NCBI GenBank assembly: GCA_937884385.1
Contig: CALGCW010000221.1
Location: forward strand, 8,375-72,374
Direction of reading: 5' to 3'
From: an uncultured Clostridia bacterium
GTDB lineage: Bacteria; Bacillota; Clostridia; Oscillospirales; CAG-272
DNA: 64,000 bases
This document shows, one piece after another, positions 17,853 to 26,817 of the stretch. How positions within the stretch are numbered: position 1 is the first letter of the stretch; every line of letters starts with the position of its first letter. The notes below the pieces were generated by a model, which was not told the DNA's origin, searched no databases, and worked only from the letters and a program-made list of their open reading frames with translations. The translations under genes were made by a program, and so were the position numbers.

Positions 17853-18139
17853 TATTTGAATAACCTCGAAAGAAATGATGATTTCTCGTAATCCAGAGAG
17901 TCATAGTAGTTAATAGCATTTATCTTCCCTCGCATTTCTACCTCGCCCTTTTCAACGTTTAGAACAGTGATATGAATATTTTCCCCATCAATAGAAAGAT
18001 CACCGTGAACAGTTTTAAGATTAACGCTATTTTCATCAAAGCTTATTATTTCTTTTACACCGGTAATGCTTAAACATTCTCTTGAACGCAAAATAAGATC
18101 CTGCGATACTTTATTAACCGACGGTTTACTCTCTAACAT
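17852..18139 (-). CDS. yabP: Sporulation protein YabP
   Basis: Characteristic LSITGVKEIISFDENSVNLKT...LSIDGENIHI repeats. Start at the ATG at 18139, preceded by GGAGG. Confidence 0.8.
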   Translation of the reverse strand: MLESKPSVNKVSQDLILRSRECLSITGVKEIISFDENSVNLKTVHGDLSIDGENIHITVLNVEKGEVEMRGKINAINYYDSLDYEKSSFLSRLFK

Positions 18140-18195
18140 AAAAAACCTCCAACACATTATAGTCTAAAATATGTCAGAGGTATTAGTTTTATGAA

Positions 18196-18438
18196 TCAGT
18201 CTATTACTTTATAAAGGCTTGTGGCTTCATCCTTAAGCACGTGATCCTTGACGTCGAGCACTTCTACTTTAAGTGTTCGCGTACCAAACGTTACTTCAAG
18301 AATATCGCCTGATTTTACATCGTATGAAGCCTTTGCAGGTCTACCGTTGACAGTGACATGAGCATTATCACAGGCATCGTTAGCGACAGTCCTTCTTTTA
18401 ATTATTCTGGATACTTTTAAAAATTTATCAAGTCTCAT
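18196..18438 (-). CDS. yabO: RNA-binding S4-domain protein (YabO/Hsp15-like)
   Basis: 80 aa. MRLDKFLKVSRIIKRRTVA S4 motif. Synteny upstream of yabP. Confidence 0.85.
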   Translation of the reverse strand: MRLDKFLKVSRIIKRRTVANDACDNAHVTVNGRPAKASYDVKSGDILEVTFGTRTLKVEVLDVKDHVLKDEATSLYKVID

Positions 18439-18450
18439 AATATGTACCGC

Positions 18451-18480
18451 AATAAATTATGGGCGGTTAACCGCCCATAA
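18451..18480 (-). terminator. Intrinsic terminator downstream of hup
   Basis: 10-bp stem TTATGGGCGG/CCGCCCATAA with loop TTAA. Modest U-tract (UUUAUU). Confidence 0.6.
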
Positions 18481-18495
18481 TCAATAAACAAAAAA

Positions 18496-18768
18496 TTAGT
18501 TTACTGCATCCTTAAATGCCTTACCAGCTGTGAATGTGGGGTGCTTGGAAGCAGGAATAACGATTTCCTCGCCTGTCTTGGGGTTTCTACCCTTTCTCTC
18601 GCCGCGAGCTTTAACTTCGAATGTACCGAAGCCAACGAGCTGAACCTTTTCACCATTCTTAAGAGCAGCTACGATAGAATCTGTAACAGCCTTAACTGCA
18701 ACTTCTGCGTCTTTCTTTGTGAGCTTGCCAGCAGCGGCAACTGCTTCAACCAATTGTACTTTGTTCAT
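18496..18768 (-). CDS. hup: DNA-binding protein HU
   Basis: 90 aa. [11 protein letters not shown]...[24 protein letters not shown] is canonical HU. Confidence 0.95.
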   Translation of the reverse strand: MNKVQLVEAVAAAGKLTKKDAEVAVKAVTDSIVAALKNGEKVQLVGFGTFEVKARGERKGRNPKTGEEIVIPASKHPTFTAGKAFKDAVN

Positions 18769-18819
18769 AATTTAGTCCTAACCTTTCATAATTTGTGTTA
18801 TTTCTAACACTACAATAAT

Positions 18820-18848
18820 ATGATATCACAGAAAGCTTGATTTTGCAA
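18820..18848 (-). promoter_or_regulatory. hup promoter
   Basis: Minus strand TTGCAA (18848-18843), 17 nt, extended -10 TGaTATCAT (18828-18820). Confidence 0.6.
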
Positions 18849-18851
18849 GAC

Positions 18852-18889
18852 TTTTTTGCATTTTTTATGTGATTTTTTGTGCTTTTTTT
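18852..18889 (-). promoter_or_regulatory. Phased A-tract (UP-element-like) region upstream of the hup -35
   Basis: Four T6-T7 runs on the plus strand at 18852-57, 18861-66, 18873-78 and 18883-89. Centres are about 9-12 bp apart, averaging about 10.5 bp. Confidence 0.5.
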
Positions 18890-18969
18890 ATATAATTTGA
18901 ACATAATTTTTTGCTTTTGTTATTAGTAAACAAACAATATTGCTGAAATTTGTTCAAATTCTACGAAAA

Positions 18970-19674
18970 TCATTTATTGTATTTTTCCACAAAGCTATTT
19001 GAATACTTATAAAGAGCCTCTTCGGCATCAACATCTTTCTTATAGCAAAGCGCAGATACTGTAAACAAAAGCTCACCAACCAACATTTCCGAGTTTGATT
19101 CGGAGGTGCTTTCCATCGAACTGAGCAAAGCTTGTGCTCTTGAAATCAGCTCGGAATCGTCAATTGAAACGTACTCCCCGGATTTTTTAGAGAGCTTTTG
19201 AGCACGCATTAATGCGGGCGTCATAGATGGGATACTGCTTAAGCGATCATACATCGATTCCCTCTTTTTCTCCACATTTTTTATTGCTTCCCAGTTGCTC
19301 AACACTTCATCCGCAGTATTTGCTTTAATATCTCCAAATATATGTGGGTGGCGATGGATTAGCTTAACGCAAACATCGTTAGCTACATCATTAATATCAA
19401 ATCTGCCCGCTTCCTTTTCCATCTGTGCGTGGAATACGACCTGAAGCATTACATCGCCAAGCTCCTCACGTAAAAGATCAAAATTCTCGGTATCGATTGC
19501 TTCTATTACCTCATATGTTTCTTCGATGAAATTTTTTCTAATACTTGTGTGAGTTTGCTCTGCATCCCAGGGACAACCTCCCTCTCCTCTAAGTATGGCG
19601 AGAATCGTGCAAAGATCCTCAAAATTATATGATGATTGTGATAGTAATTTTTCAACTTCAATATTTTTATTCAT
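18970..19674 (-). CDS. mazG: MazG-family nucleoside triphosphate pyrophosphohydrolase
   Basis: 234 aa with the EExxE-type MazG motif (FIEETYEVIEAID, REELGDVMLQVVFHAQ). Synteny with yabN. Confidence 0.85.
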   Translation of the reverse strand: MNKNIEVEKLLSQSSYNFEDLCTILAILRGEGGCPWDAEQTHTSIRKNFIEETYEVIEAIDTENFDLLREELGDVMLQVVFHAQMEKEAGRFDINDVANDVCVKLIHRHPHIFGDIKANTADEVLSNWEAIKNVEKKRESMYDRLSSIPSMTPALMRAQKLSKKSGEYVSIDDSELISRAQALLSSMESTSESNSEMLVGELLFTVSALCYKKDVDAEEALYKYSNSFVEKYNK

Positions 19675-19688
19675 AATTGTGTCCTATT

Positions 19689-21311
19689 CTAAATTAGTTT
19701 TGATTTGATTAATATTCTATTTATTTTTTCGCCTGCAGGAAGCATCAGGATCTCATCGCCGCTGATAGTTTTCAGCTTAATAATGCTCAAAAGATAAATA
19801 AGCACTATTTCGGCGAGAATGGGGATCATCAACCACCTGGAGTACATCACGGCGCTAAGGATAACATAGGTGAAGGCGCCGGTAGATATTGAAATGAGTG
19901 AAGCTACCAGTGGCTTTACAAACAAAGTGTATACTTTGTCGATCCTTGGCGATCTTTGAAGAATAAAATAAAGGTTTATTGATACGATCGTGATAGTTGA
20001 TATCAAAGTGCTGATTGGAGCACCGTAAACGCTGATTTCAGGTATGCCTATCAAAATGAATGCGAGTATTACCTTGACAGCTACGCCCACGAGCATACTT
20101 ATTATGGGTTTGTTGACTTCTTTATGTGCTTGGAGAATAGCATTGGTAACTGTTATCATAGCTGACATAAAGACGGATAGACCAAGCAAGGAAAGCAAAG
20201 GTGACGTATACTCAATTTCATTCGTTTGTGAAGAAAACAATAGCGAAAGAATTTGCTTGCTGAAGACTGAAATGCCAAGACCCGATGGTATGGCAATGAT
20301 GGCTGTCAACTTTATGGCAGAGGAAGTGACTTTGATTTCCTTTTCTGCGTTTGAAGTTTCGATGGCATTGGTCAGCATCGGTATTAATGGAAGTGCGATC
20401 GCAGAAATCAATGTGGCGGGAAGATTGTAAACGGAAACTGCCATAGTACTGTACGCACCGAATATTGCATTCGCGCTTTTCTGACTGTATCCGATGTCAG
20501 CAAGGCGTATGAGGATCAAACTCATATCTATTACTTTTGAAAGGCTCAATATCGTTGAGCTTAATGTAATAGGAACGGCAATACTGAAAATATCGCGCAG
20601 TATCCGGTTAGTTTTCTGAACCCTTTCGGAGGGCTTGTTTAGTAGCGTTGGTTTATGAAAAAGCTTAAATAGTATTAAATAAAGCAATGAAAGCCCAATA
20701 CCTATCGTTAAGCCGAATACCGCAAAAGCGGCAGCAATATGGATGGAGTAACCTTTGTTAATTGCGTATATCGCAAAGCCAAGTCCTAAAACGAGCTTTC
20801 CCAAGGCTTCTATGATTTGAGAAACAGCCGTGGGAATCATTATCTGCTTCCCCTGAAAATAACCTCTGATCGCACTTGTTATGCATATCATAAACAAAGC
20901 GGGCGATATCGCAAAAATTGAAAATGATGCCTTATCGCTTTTAATCAAAAGTGATAGCTGTTTATGAAAGACACACAGCACAGCAGTACCTATCAAACCC
21001 AAGGCGCCGAGAGCTATGACCGAGGTCTTGTAAACTTTTTCAGCATTACCGACATTGCCGTGAGAGTAATTTTGAGATATCAACATAGATATTGCAACGG
21101 GGATACCTGTTGTTGATATAACGAAGAAGAGTGAATAAATCTCATATGCAGAATTAAAGTACCCCATTCCCTCTGCTCCGAGATATTCCATCATCGGAAT
21201 CTTATAGAACATACCGATGATCTTAACAATAAAAGTGGAAATAGCGAGAACTGCTACGCCGGAGAAAAACTGCTTTCCATAACCCTTGGTTTTTTTCTCT
21301 AACGTTGGCAT
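19689..21311 (-). CDS. MOP-superfamily flippase (SpoVB/YabM/MurJ-like polysaccharide biosynthesis protein)
   Basis: 540 aa with about 14 TM segments. Occupies the position equivalent to B. subtilis yabM, upstream of mazG. Confidence 0.8.
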   Translation of the reverse strand: MPTLEKKTKGYGKQFFSGVAVLAISTFIVKIIGMFYKIPMMEYLGAEGMGYFNSAYEIYSLFFVISTTGIPVAISMLISQNYSHGNVGNAEKVYKTSVIALGALGLIGTAVLCVFHKQLSLLIKSDKASFSIFAISPALFMICITSAIRGYFQGKQIMIPTAVSQIIEALGKLVLGLGFAIYAINKGYSIHIAAAFAVFGLTIGIGLSLLYLILFKLFHKPTLLNKPSERVQKTNRILRDIFSIAVPITLSSTILSLSKVIDMSLILIRLADIGYSQKSANAIFGAYSTMAVSVYNLPATLISAIALPLIPMLTNAIETSNAEKEIKVTSSAIKLTAIIAIPSGLGISVFSKQILSLLFSSQTNEIEYTSPLLSLLGLSVFMSAMITVTNAILQAHKEVNKPIISMLVGVAVKVILAFILIGIPEISVYGAPISTLISTITIVSINLYFILQRSPRIDKVYTLFVKPLVASLISISTGAFTYVILSAVMYSRWLMIPILAEIVLIYLLSIIKLKTISGDEILMLPAGEKINRILIKSKLI

Positions 21312-21333
21312 GCTCTCGCCCCTCCATTAAGTA

Positions 21334-22620
21334 TTAATCAAAATAATGCTTGCAGATATTGTCAAATTCCCTGTTCAGCTTTTCAATGTCTATTGTTGTG
21401 TACTCACCGTTTTGATAAAGTATCTCACCGTCAACCATTGTCATAAGCACGTTAGAGGAATTTGCGCTGTAAGAGAGTGTACAATATGTATCAAAGCAAG
21501 GCTTATTGTTTATAGCATTAAGGTCTATCAGTACAAGATCCGCACGGTTTCCGACTTTGATTTTTCCACAGTCATCTCTTCCCTGACTTTTTGCTCCGTT
21601 AAGAGTAGCAATATCAAGCATTTGAGAAGCAAGGGTTGCTTCCGCATCACGGTTTACCCCCTTATGCAGAATGGATGCAAGTTGATACTCTCTCATAATA
21701 TCAAGGGTATTATTTGAAGCGGCACCGTCCGTTCCAAGAGATACGCAAAGTCCCTTTTCAAGCATTTTAGGAAGTCGAGCAACACCACTGCCAAGCTTGA
21801 GGTTGCTGGTAGCGTTATGCGAAACAAATGCACCGTGTTCTCTGATGATATCCATATCATTATCCGTTACGTACACGCAGTGAGCAAGTGTGGTGGGCGA
21901 GGCAAGGACACCTGTGTCGAGAAAGAACTCAATTGGAGTTTTGCCGTGTTTTTCTATGCACGCAATATGCTCGCTTTCGCTTTCAGAAGCGTGAAGCTGC
22001 ATTCTGAGACCTTTAGATTTAGTATATTCAGCTACCTCGCGAATATACCTCTCTTGATTCGTATATTCTGCGTGAAGAGACATATCCATAATCAATCTGC
22101 CATTATTTGCGTTGTTATAACGCTCTATCCACTCGATGGATTCTGCAAATCTCCAGTCGCCCTTGATCGTCGCCGCATCGCCAAACGAAACAAGAGAACG
22201 GGAAAGATTTGCTTTAATACCGGTTTCAATTACCGCTTCACACACGGAGTTTACAAACATATACATATCAGAGAAAGAGACGATACCGTTTTTAAGCATC
22301 TCGGCAATCGCATATTTTGCACCTACGTAAACATTCTCGGAATTGAGACGCTCCTCTGCGGGATAGATTTTTTCATTGAGCCAACGGGCAAGAGGCAGAT
22401 CCTCACCGTATCCACGGAACATAACCATAGCTGCGTGACAATGGGAATTATAAAAACCGGGGATCAAAAGATTTCCATTTCCGTCGATTACTCTATCATA
22501 GTCAGCAGGGCGCTCCAAGCCAACGTAAGAAATTAGATTATTGTCGGTCAAAACATATATATGCTTGTCTTCAAATCCGTATTCTTCGGGGATCCTTACT
22601 TTTTCAAATAATATTTTCAT
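21334..22620 (-). CDS. mtaD: Amidohydrolase, probable 5-methylthioadenosine/S-adenosylhomocysteine deaminase
   Basis: 428 aa. Metal-binding HCH (NSHCHAAM), HASE and GTDG motifs of the MtaD/guanine-deaminase-like subgroup. Confidence 0.78.
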   Translation of the reverse strand: MKILFEKVRIPEEYGFEDKHIYVLTDNNLISYVGLERPADYDRVIDGNGNLLIPGFYNSHCHAAMVMFRGYGEDLPLARWLNEKIYPAEERLNSENVYVGAKYAIAEMLKNGIVSFSDMYMFVNSVCEAVIETGIKANLSRSLVSFGDAATIKGDWRFAESIEWIERYNNANNGRLIMDMSLHAEYTNQERYIREVAEYTKSKGLRMQLHASESESEHIACIEKHGKTPIEFFLDTGVLASPTTLAHCVYVTDNDMDIIREHGAFVSHNATSNLKLGSGVARLPKMLEKGLCVSLGTDGAASNNTLDIMREYQLASILHKGVNRDAEATLASQMLDIATLNGAKSQGRDDCGKIKVGNRADLVLIDLNAINNKPCFDTYCTLSYSANSSNVLMTMVDGEILYQNGEYTTIDIEKLNREFDNICKHYFD

Positions 22621-22632
22621 ATATTCCTCCTT

Positions 22633-24120
22633 TTATATGTGAGAGGCGTAGAATTTCCTGATTTCTTCATCTGTTTTAGACGATGAATTATTGCTTAGGT
22701 ATTCATATGGGTATTTGGGGTTGAAAAACCTCATTATTTTGGTAGAGGCGATATTTGCAGGATAGTATTCTACAAGCTTTGTCACAGCTCCTGCACCAAC
22801 AGCCAAGATGGAATGAACCTCTTCCATCATATAGACGTTGTATAGACCCTCATATCCTTCTTGCGCAAAGCCGACGTTTTCAAAATTGCCAACAGTGTTT
22901 TTCTGCCTGTACATATAATACGGAATATATCCTGCGGCTTGTGCTCGAAGCTGGGAATAATCGACGCACTTGCCCGCGTCACCGCCTCGAATTGAATAAA
23001 TGTCTTTATTCTTGGCAAGAATGTCCGACGCTTTTTTGACGCAGAACGTATGTACGGTTATATTTTCCGGTTCAAGGGCTATGATCTTATCAAATGTTGA
23101 CGAGAAATACTTAAAATTGTCACCGGGCAATCCCGCGATCAAATCGGTGTTTATGCACTTGATGCCCGATTCACGAGCGATTTCAAAGGCGCTATAGAAC
23201 TCTTCAATACTATGACTTCTGCCTATTGACTTGATTACCTGCTCATTGAGTGACTGAGGATTTACGCTTATTCTAGTAATACCGTATTTCTTTGCAACAG
23301 CAAGCTTTTCTGCAGTAATTGTATCGGGTCTGCCGCCCTCAAGGGTAAATTCTTCAAGAGCGTTAACATCGATCTTGGATGCAATCAGAGACAGGAGCTC
23401 TTCAAGCTGATCCGATGTTAAGATGGTAGGCGTTCCTCCGCCGATATATATAGTTTTTAAGTTAAGCTTTAATTCATTTACTGTATTCAGGAGCCTTGAA
23501 AGATCCTCAGTGAGCTTTTCGAGATACTCGGGAATCAAAGATAAAAGCTTAGGTGTTGTATAGGATACGAATGAGCAATAGGAGCATCGAGAGGGACAGA
23601 AAGGAATTGAAATGTAGATACTGCAATCCTTAATGTCTGGCGTGGCGATGAGCTTTTGCTCCCTTCGAGCAATATCAGTTGCAAGAGATGCTTTTTTGGG
23701 AATTACGTAATAGTCGTTATTAAGTATCTTTCTTACCTTTGTCTTGCTATTTCCGTTCAACAGCATTTCCATTGCTACCTTGGATGGTCTGACTCCGGTC
23801 AATATGCCCCAGGAGGGACGGTATCCAAGTATTTCACTTCCTACAGCAAGAACAACGTTTCCTGCGGCAATTTTTGCGCTTCTCTGCTTTGTCCTTTCGG
23901 GAACAAAATCAATGGATTTTTCTGCGGTTACCGTTTTACCCATATATGTCAACGTAGCGGTGGCAAAAGACGCAGATTCACTGTTCGTGACAGAAACGTG
24001 CATTATGGGTGTCTCTTCAGTAATTATAGGATTTTGTTCAAATTTCTCTCCCGGGAAGAATATCATGCAAAGTGTTTGAACGTAGAAAGCGTTGATATCT
24101 CCGGTCACGGTTAACTTCAT
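22633..24120 (-). CDS. hemZ: Radical SAM coproporphyrinogen-dehydrogenase-like protein (HemZ/HemN family)
   Basis: 495 aa. CxxxCxxC cluster CPSRCSYCSF followed by the HemN-like GGGTPT motif. Confidence 0.78.
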   Translation of the reverse strand: MKLTVTGDINAFYVQTLCMIFFPGEKFEQNPIITEETPIMHVSVTNSESASFATATLTYMGKTVTAEKSIDFVPERTKQRSAKIAAGNVVLAVGSEILGYRPSWGILTGVRPSKVAMEMLLNGNSKTKVRKILNNDYYVIPKKASLATDIARREQKLIATPDIKDCSIYISIPFCPSRCSYCSFVSYTTPKLLSLIPEYLEKLTEDLSRLLNTVNELKLNLKTIYIGGGTPTILTSDQLEELLSLIASKIDVNALEEFTLEGGRPDTITAEKLAVAKKYGITRISVNPQSLNEQVIKSIGRSHSIEEFYSAFEIARESGIKCINTDLIAGLPGDNFKYFSSTFDKIIALEPENITVHTFCVKKASDILAKNKDIYSIRGGDAGKCVDYSQLRAQAAGYIPYYMYRQKNTVGNFENVGFAQEGYEGLYNVYMMEEVHSILAVGAGAVTKLVEYYPANIASTKIMRFFNPKYPYEYLSNNSSSKTDEEIRKFYASHI

Positions 24121-24134
24121 TGTTTATCTCCTGT

Positions 24135-24584
24135 TTATTTAAGTTCATTGGAATCCATCACTATTGTGACGGGACCGTCGTTATGAATAACTACATGCAT
24201 ATCGGCACCGAATACTCCCGTACCGACGTGCTTTACTTCTTTTCTCATTAATTCAACAAAATACTCGTATAGCGGATTAGCTGTAGTGGGCTCTGCAGCA
24301 CCGAAATAATCGGATCTGTTTCCCTTTTTATAATTGGCTAATAAGGTGAATTGAGATACAACGAGAGCTTCCCCGTCAATATCCTTAACAGAAAGGTTCA
24401 TCTTTCCGTTTTCATCACAAAATATACGAAGCTTTGAGATCTTTGCGGCAAGCAACTGTGCATCCTTTTCGGTATCACCTTTAGCAACACCGAGGAGTAT
24501 CATAAGACCCTGATTGCAGCTGCCGTATATTTGACCGCTAATAGATACGCTTGCTTCTTTAACTCGTTGAATTACTGCTATCAT
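24135..24584 (-). CDS. dtd: D-aminoacyl-tRNA deacylase
   Basis: 149 aa. MIAVIQRV start, SQFTL and GxFGA (GVFGADM) motifs. Confidence 0.93.
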   Translation of the reverse strand: MIAVIQRVKEASVSISGQIYGSCNQGLMILLGVAKGDTEKDAQLLAAKISKLRIFCDENGKMNLSVKDIDGEALVVSQFTLLANYKKGNRSDYFGAAEPTTANPLYEYFVELMRKEVKHVGTGVFGADMHVVIHNDGPVTIVMDSNELK

Positions 24585-24598
24585 AGTTTATTCCTTTA

Positions 24599-26806
24599 CT
24601 AATATAGAAAGCCTCTTGATACGTCATATATGCCGGGTATCGAACGCAATCTTGAAACTATAGAATTATAGTGATCGGTATTCTTACAGCCGATCTTCAA
24701 ATAAACGAGAGAACCGCCGGATGTGGTTTGCACGTTGATCTGCAAAATATCCACTCTCATATCGGCAAGTGCTACAGAGATGTCAGCGAGCATACCGATT
24801 CTATCATCAACTCTCATTTGAAGATTAGCTTCAAACAGGCTTCTCTTCGCATTGGTATCCTCATCCCAGGATGCGCTTACCCAACGGTCAGCGTGCTCGG
24901 GATTCTTTTTACCATTAATAACGTTGGGACAGTCACATTTATGAATGGAAATACCGTAACCCTTGGTAATAAATCCAATAACTGCATCACCTGGCAAAGG
25001 ATTACAACACTTTGCAAATTTAACGCTGCATCCGCATTCACCGTCGACGATAATTCCGCTGTTGGACTTGATCTTTTTGGGTTTTGCGGTAATTATACTT
25101 TCTTCCGTGACTATTGGTGTTGGATCAACGGGAGCAATGATCTTGTTGATCTCTTCTACAATTTTATTGCGTACCTTGGAAACAGCCAGACCGCCGTAAC
25201 CGATGGTGTTATATAGATCGTCGGCACTTGAAAACCCGCTTCGTACGGCAACGTTCTCAACAGCCTCCGTTCGGATGGCTTCATTAACTATAAGACCGGC
25301 TTTTTTGATCTCACCTTCGACCATTGAGCGACCGAGGAGGATATTATCAGCTCGTTTTTCCTTTTTGAACCATTGACGTATCCTATTTCTTGCGTCACTT
25401 GTTGCAACGATCTTAAGCCAGTCGCGGCTGGGCCCTTTTGATGATGAGGACGTCAATATCTCAACGATCTCTCCGTTTTGCAGAACGCGGTCGATAGGAA
25501 CTATCATACCGTTGATCTTAGCGCCTATCATTTTGTGACCTACGGCGCTGTGGATAGCATATGCAAAGTCAATGACCGTAGCGCCTTGTGGGAGAGCCAT
25601 AACGTCTCCTTTGGGAGTAAATACAAACGTTTCGTCGTGGAAAATATCAATTTTGAGCGCTTGTATGAATTCCTCGGGATCTCGTGTCTCGTCCTCTGTT
25701 TCGAGAAGCTTGGATATCCATTCAAGCTTTTTGTCTATCTCTTCTTTTGAACGCTCGCCCGATTTGTACTTCCAATGCGCAGCTACACCGTATTCTGCTA
25801 TGTGGTGCATCTCCCAGGTTCTGATCTGTACTTCAAAAGGAATACCGTATTTTCCTATAACGGTTGTATGGAGCGAACGGTACATATTCGGCTTGGGAGT
25901 TGAAATATAATCTTTAAATCTTCCGGGTACGGAATTAAACATTTCGTGAATGAGACCAAGGGAGGTATAGCAATCGAGCTCCGTGTCGACGATTATTCTG
26001 AGAGCGTAGAAGTCAAAGATCTCGTCAAAGCTCTTGTTCTGATTATACATTTTTTTGTATATACTGTACGCGGTCTTGATTCTTCCCTCAAGTGTAAACT
26101 TGATTCCGTTTTCGCGAAGCTTGTTATCAACCATCAATCGCACATCTTCAATAAAGTGAAGGCTTTGACCGTACTTCCTCTCAATATTTGATTTGACTTC
26201 TTCGTAGCCGATCGGGTCAATATATCTCAATCCGAGGTTCTCAAGCTCCTGCTTGATCTTCTGCATACCGAGTCTGTGGGCCAATGGAGCATATACCTGC
26301 ATTGTTTCAAGCGCAGTTATCCTTCTTTTGGCATCGGGTTTTGCGTCAAGAGTACGCATGTTGTGAAGTCTATCGCAAAGCTTTATGAAGATTACGCGCA
26401 CGTCCTTAGACATCGCAAGAAGCATTTTTCTGAGCGTTTCAATGTGTGCTTCTTCTTTATCCTCCACTTTAAGTGTAACGATCTTTGTGAGTCCATCGAC
26501 CAGCATTGCAACGTCTTGTCCGAAGAGTTTTTCTATCTCCTTGAGATTAGTCTTGTCGGCACAGTCTTCAACTGTATCGTGAAGTAATGCCGCGCAAATT
26601 GAATCTGTATCAAGCTCAAGACCTGCAACTATTTCTGCAACAGCAATAGGGTGAGATATATACTCCTCACCGCTTGCGCGAAATTGACCGTCGTGAAGTA
26701 TCCGGGCGTATTCATATGCTTTTTCTATTTTTTCGATATCATATCTCTTACCGGTTGCTTTAAGCATGGTAATCAGTTTTGTGATACCTTCGTGTGTAGT
26801 GGACAT
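24599..26806 (-). CDS. relA: Bifunctional (p)ppGpp synthetase/hydrolase (RSH, RelA/SpoT family)
   Basis: 735 aa. HD hydrolase (HDTVED), synthetase (YRSLHT), TGS and ACT regions are all recognisable. Confidence 0.95.
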   Translation of the reverse strand: MSTTHEGITKLITMLKATGKRYDIEKIEKAYEYARILHDGQFRASGEEYISHPIAVAEIVAGLELDTDSICAALLHDTVEDCADKTNLKEIEKLFGQDVAMLVDGLTKIVTLKVEDKEEAHIETLRKMLLAMSKDVRVIFIKLCDRLHNMRTLDAKPDAKRRITALETMQVYAPLAHRLGMQKIKQELENLGLRYIDPIGYEEVKSNIERKYGQSLHFIEDVRLMVDNKLRENGIKFTLEGRIKTAYSIYKKMYNQNKSFDEIFDFYALRIIVDTELDCYTSLGLIHEMFNSVPGRFKDYISTPKPNMYRSLHTTVIGKYGIPFEVQIRTWEMHHIAEYGVAAHWKYKSGERSKEEIDKKLEWISKLLETEDETRDPEEFIQALKIDIFHDETFVFTPKGDVMALPQGATVIDFAYAIHSAVGHKMIGAKINGMIVPIDRVLQNGEIVEILTSSSSKGPSRDWLKIVATSDARNRIRQWFKKEKRADNILLGRSMVEGEIKKAGLIVNEAIRTEAVENVAVRSGFSSADDLYNTIGYGGLAVSKVRNKIVEEINKIIAPVDPTPIVTEESIITAKPKKIKSNSGIIVDGECGCSVKFAKCCNPLPGDAVIGFITKGYGISIHKCDCPNVINGKKNPEHADRWVSASWDEDTNAKRSLFEANLQMRVDDRIGMLADISVALADMRVDILQINVQTTSGGSLVYLKIGCKNTDHYNSIVSRLRSIPGIYDVSRGFLY

Positions 26807-26817
26807 ACCTATCTCCG

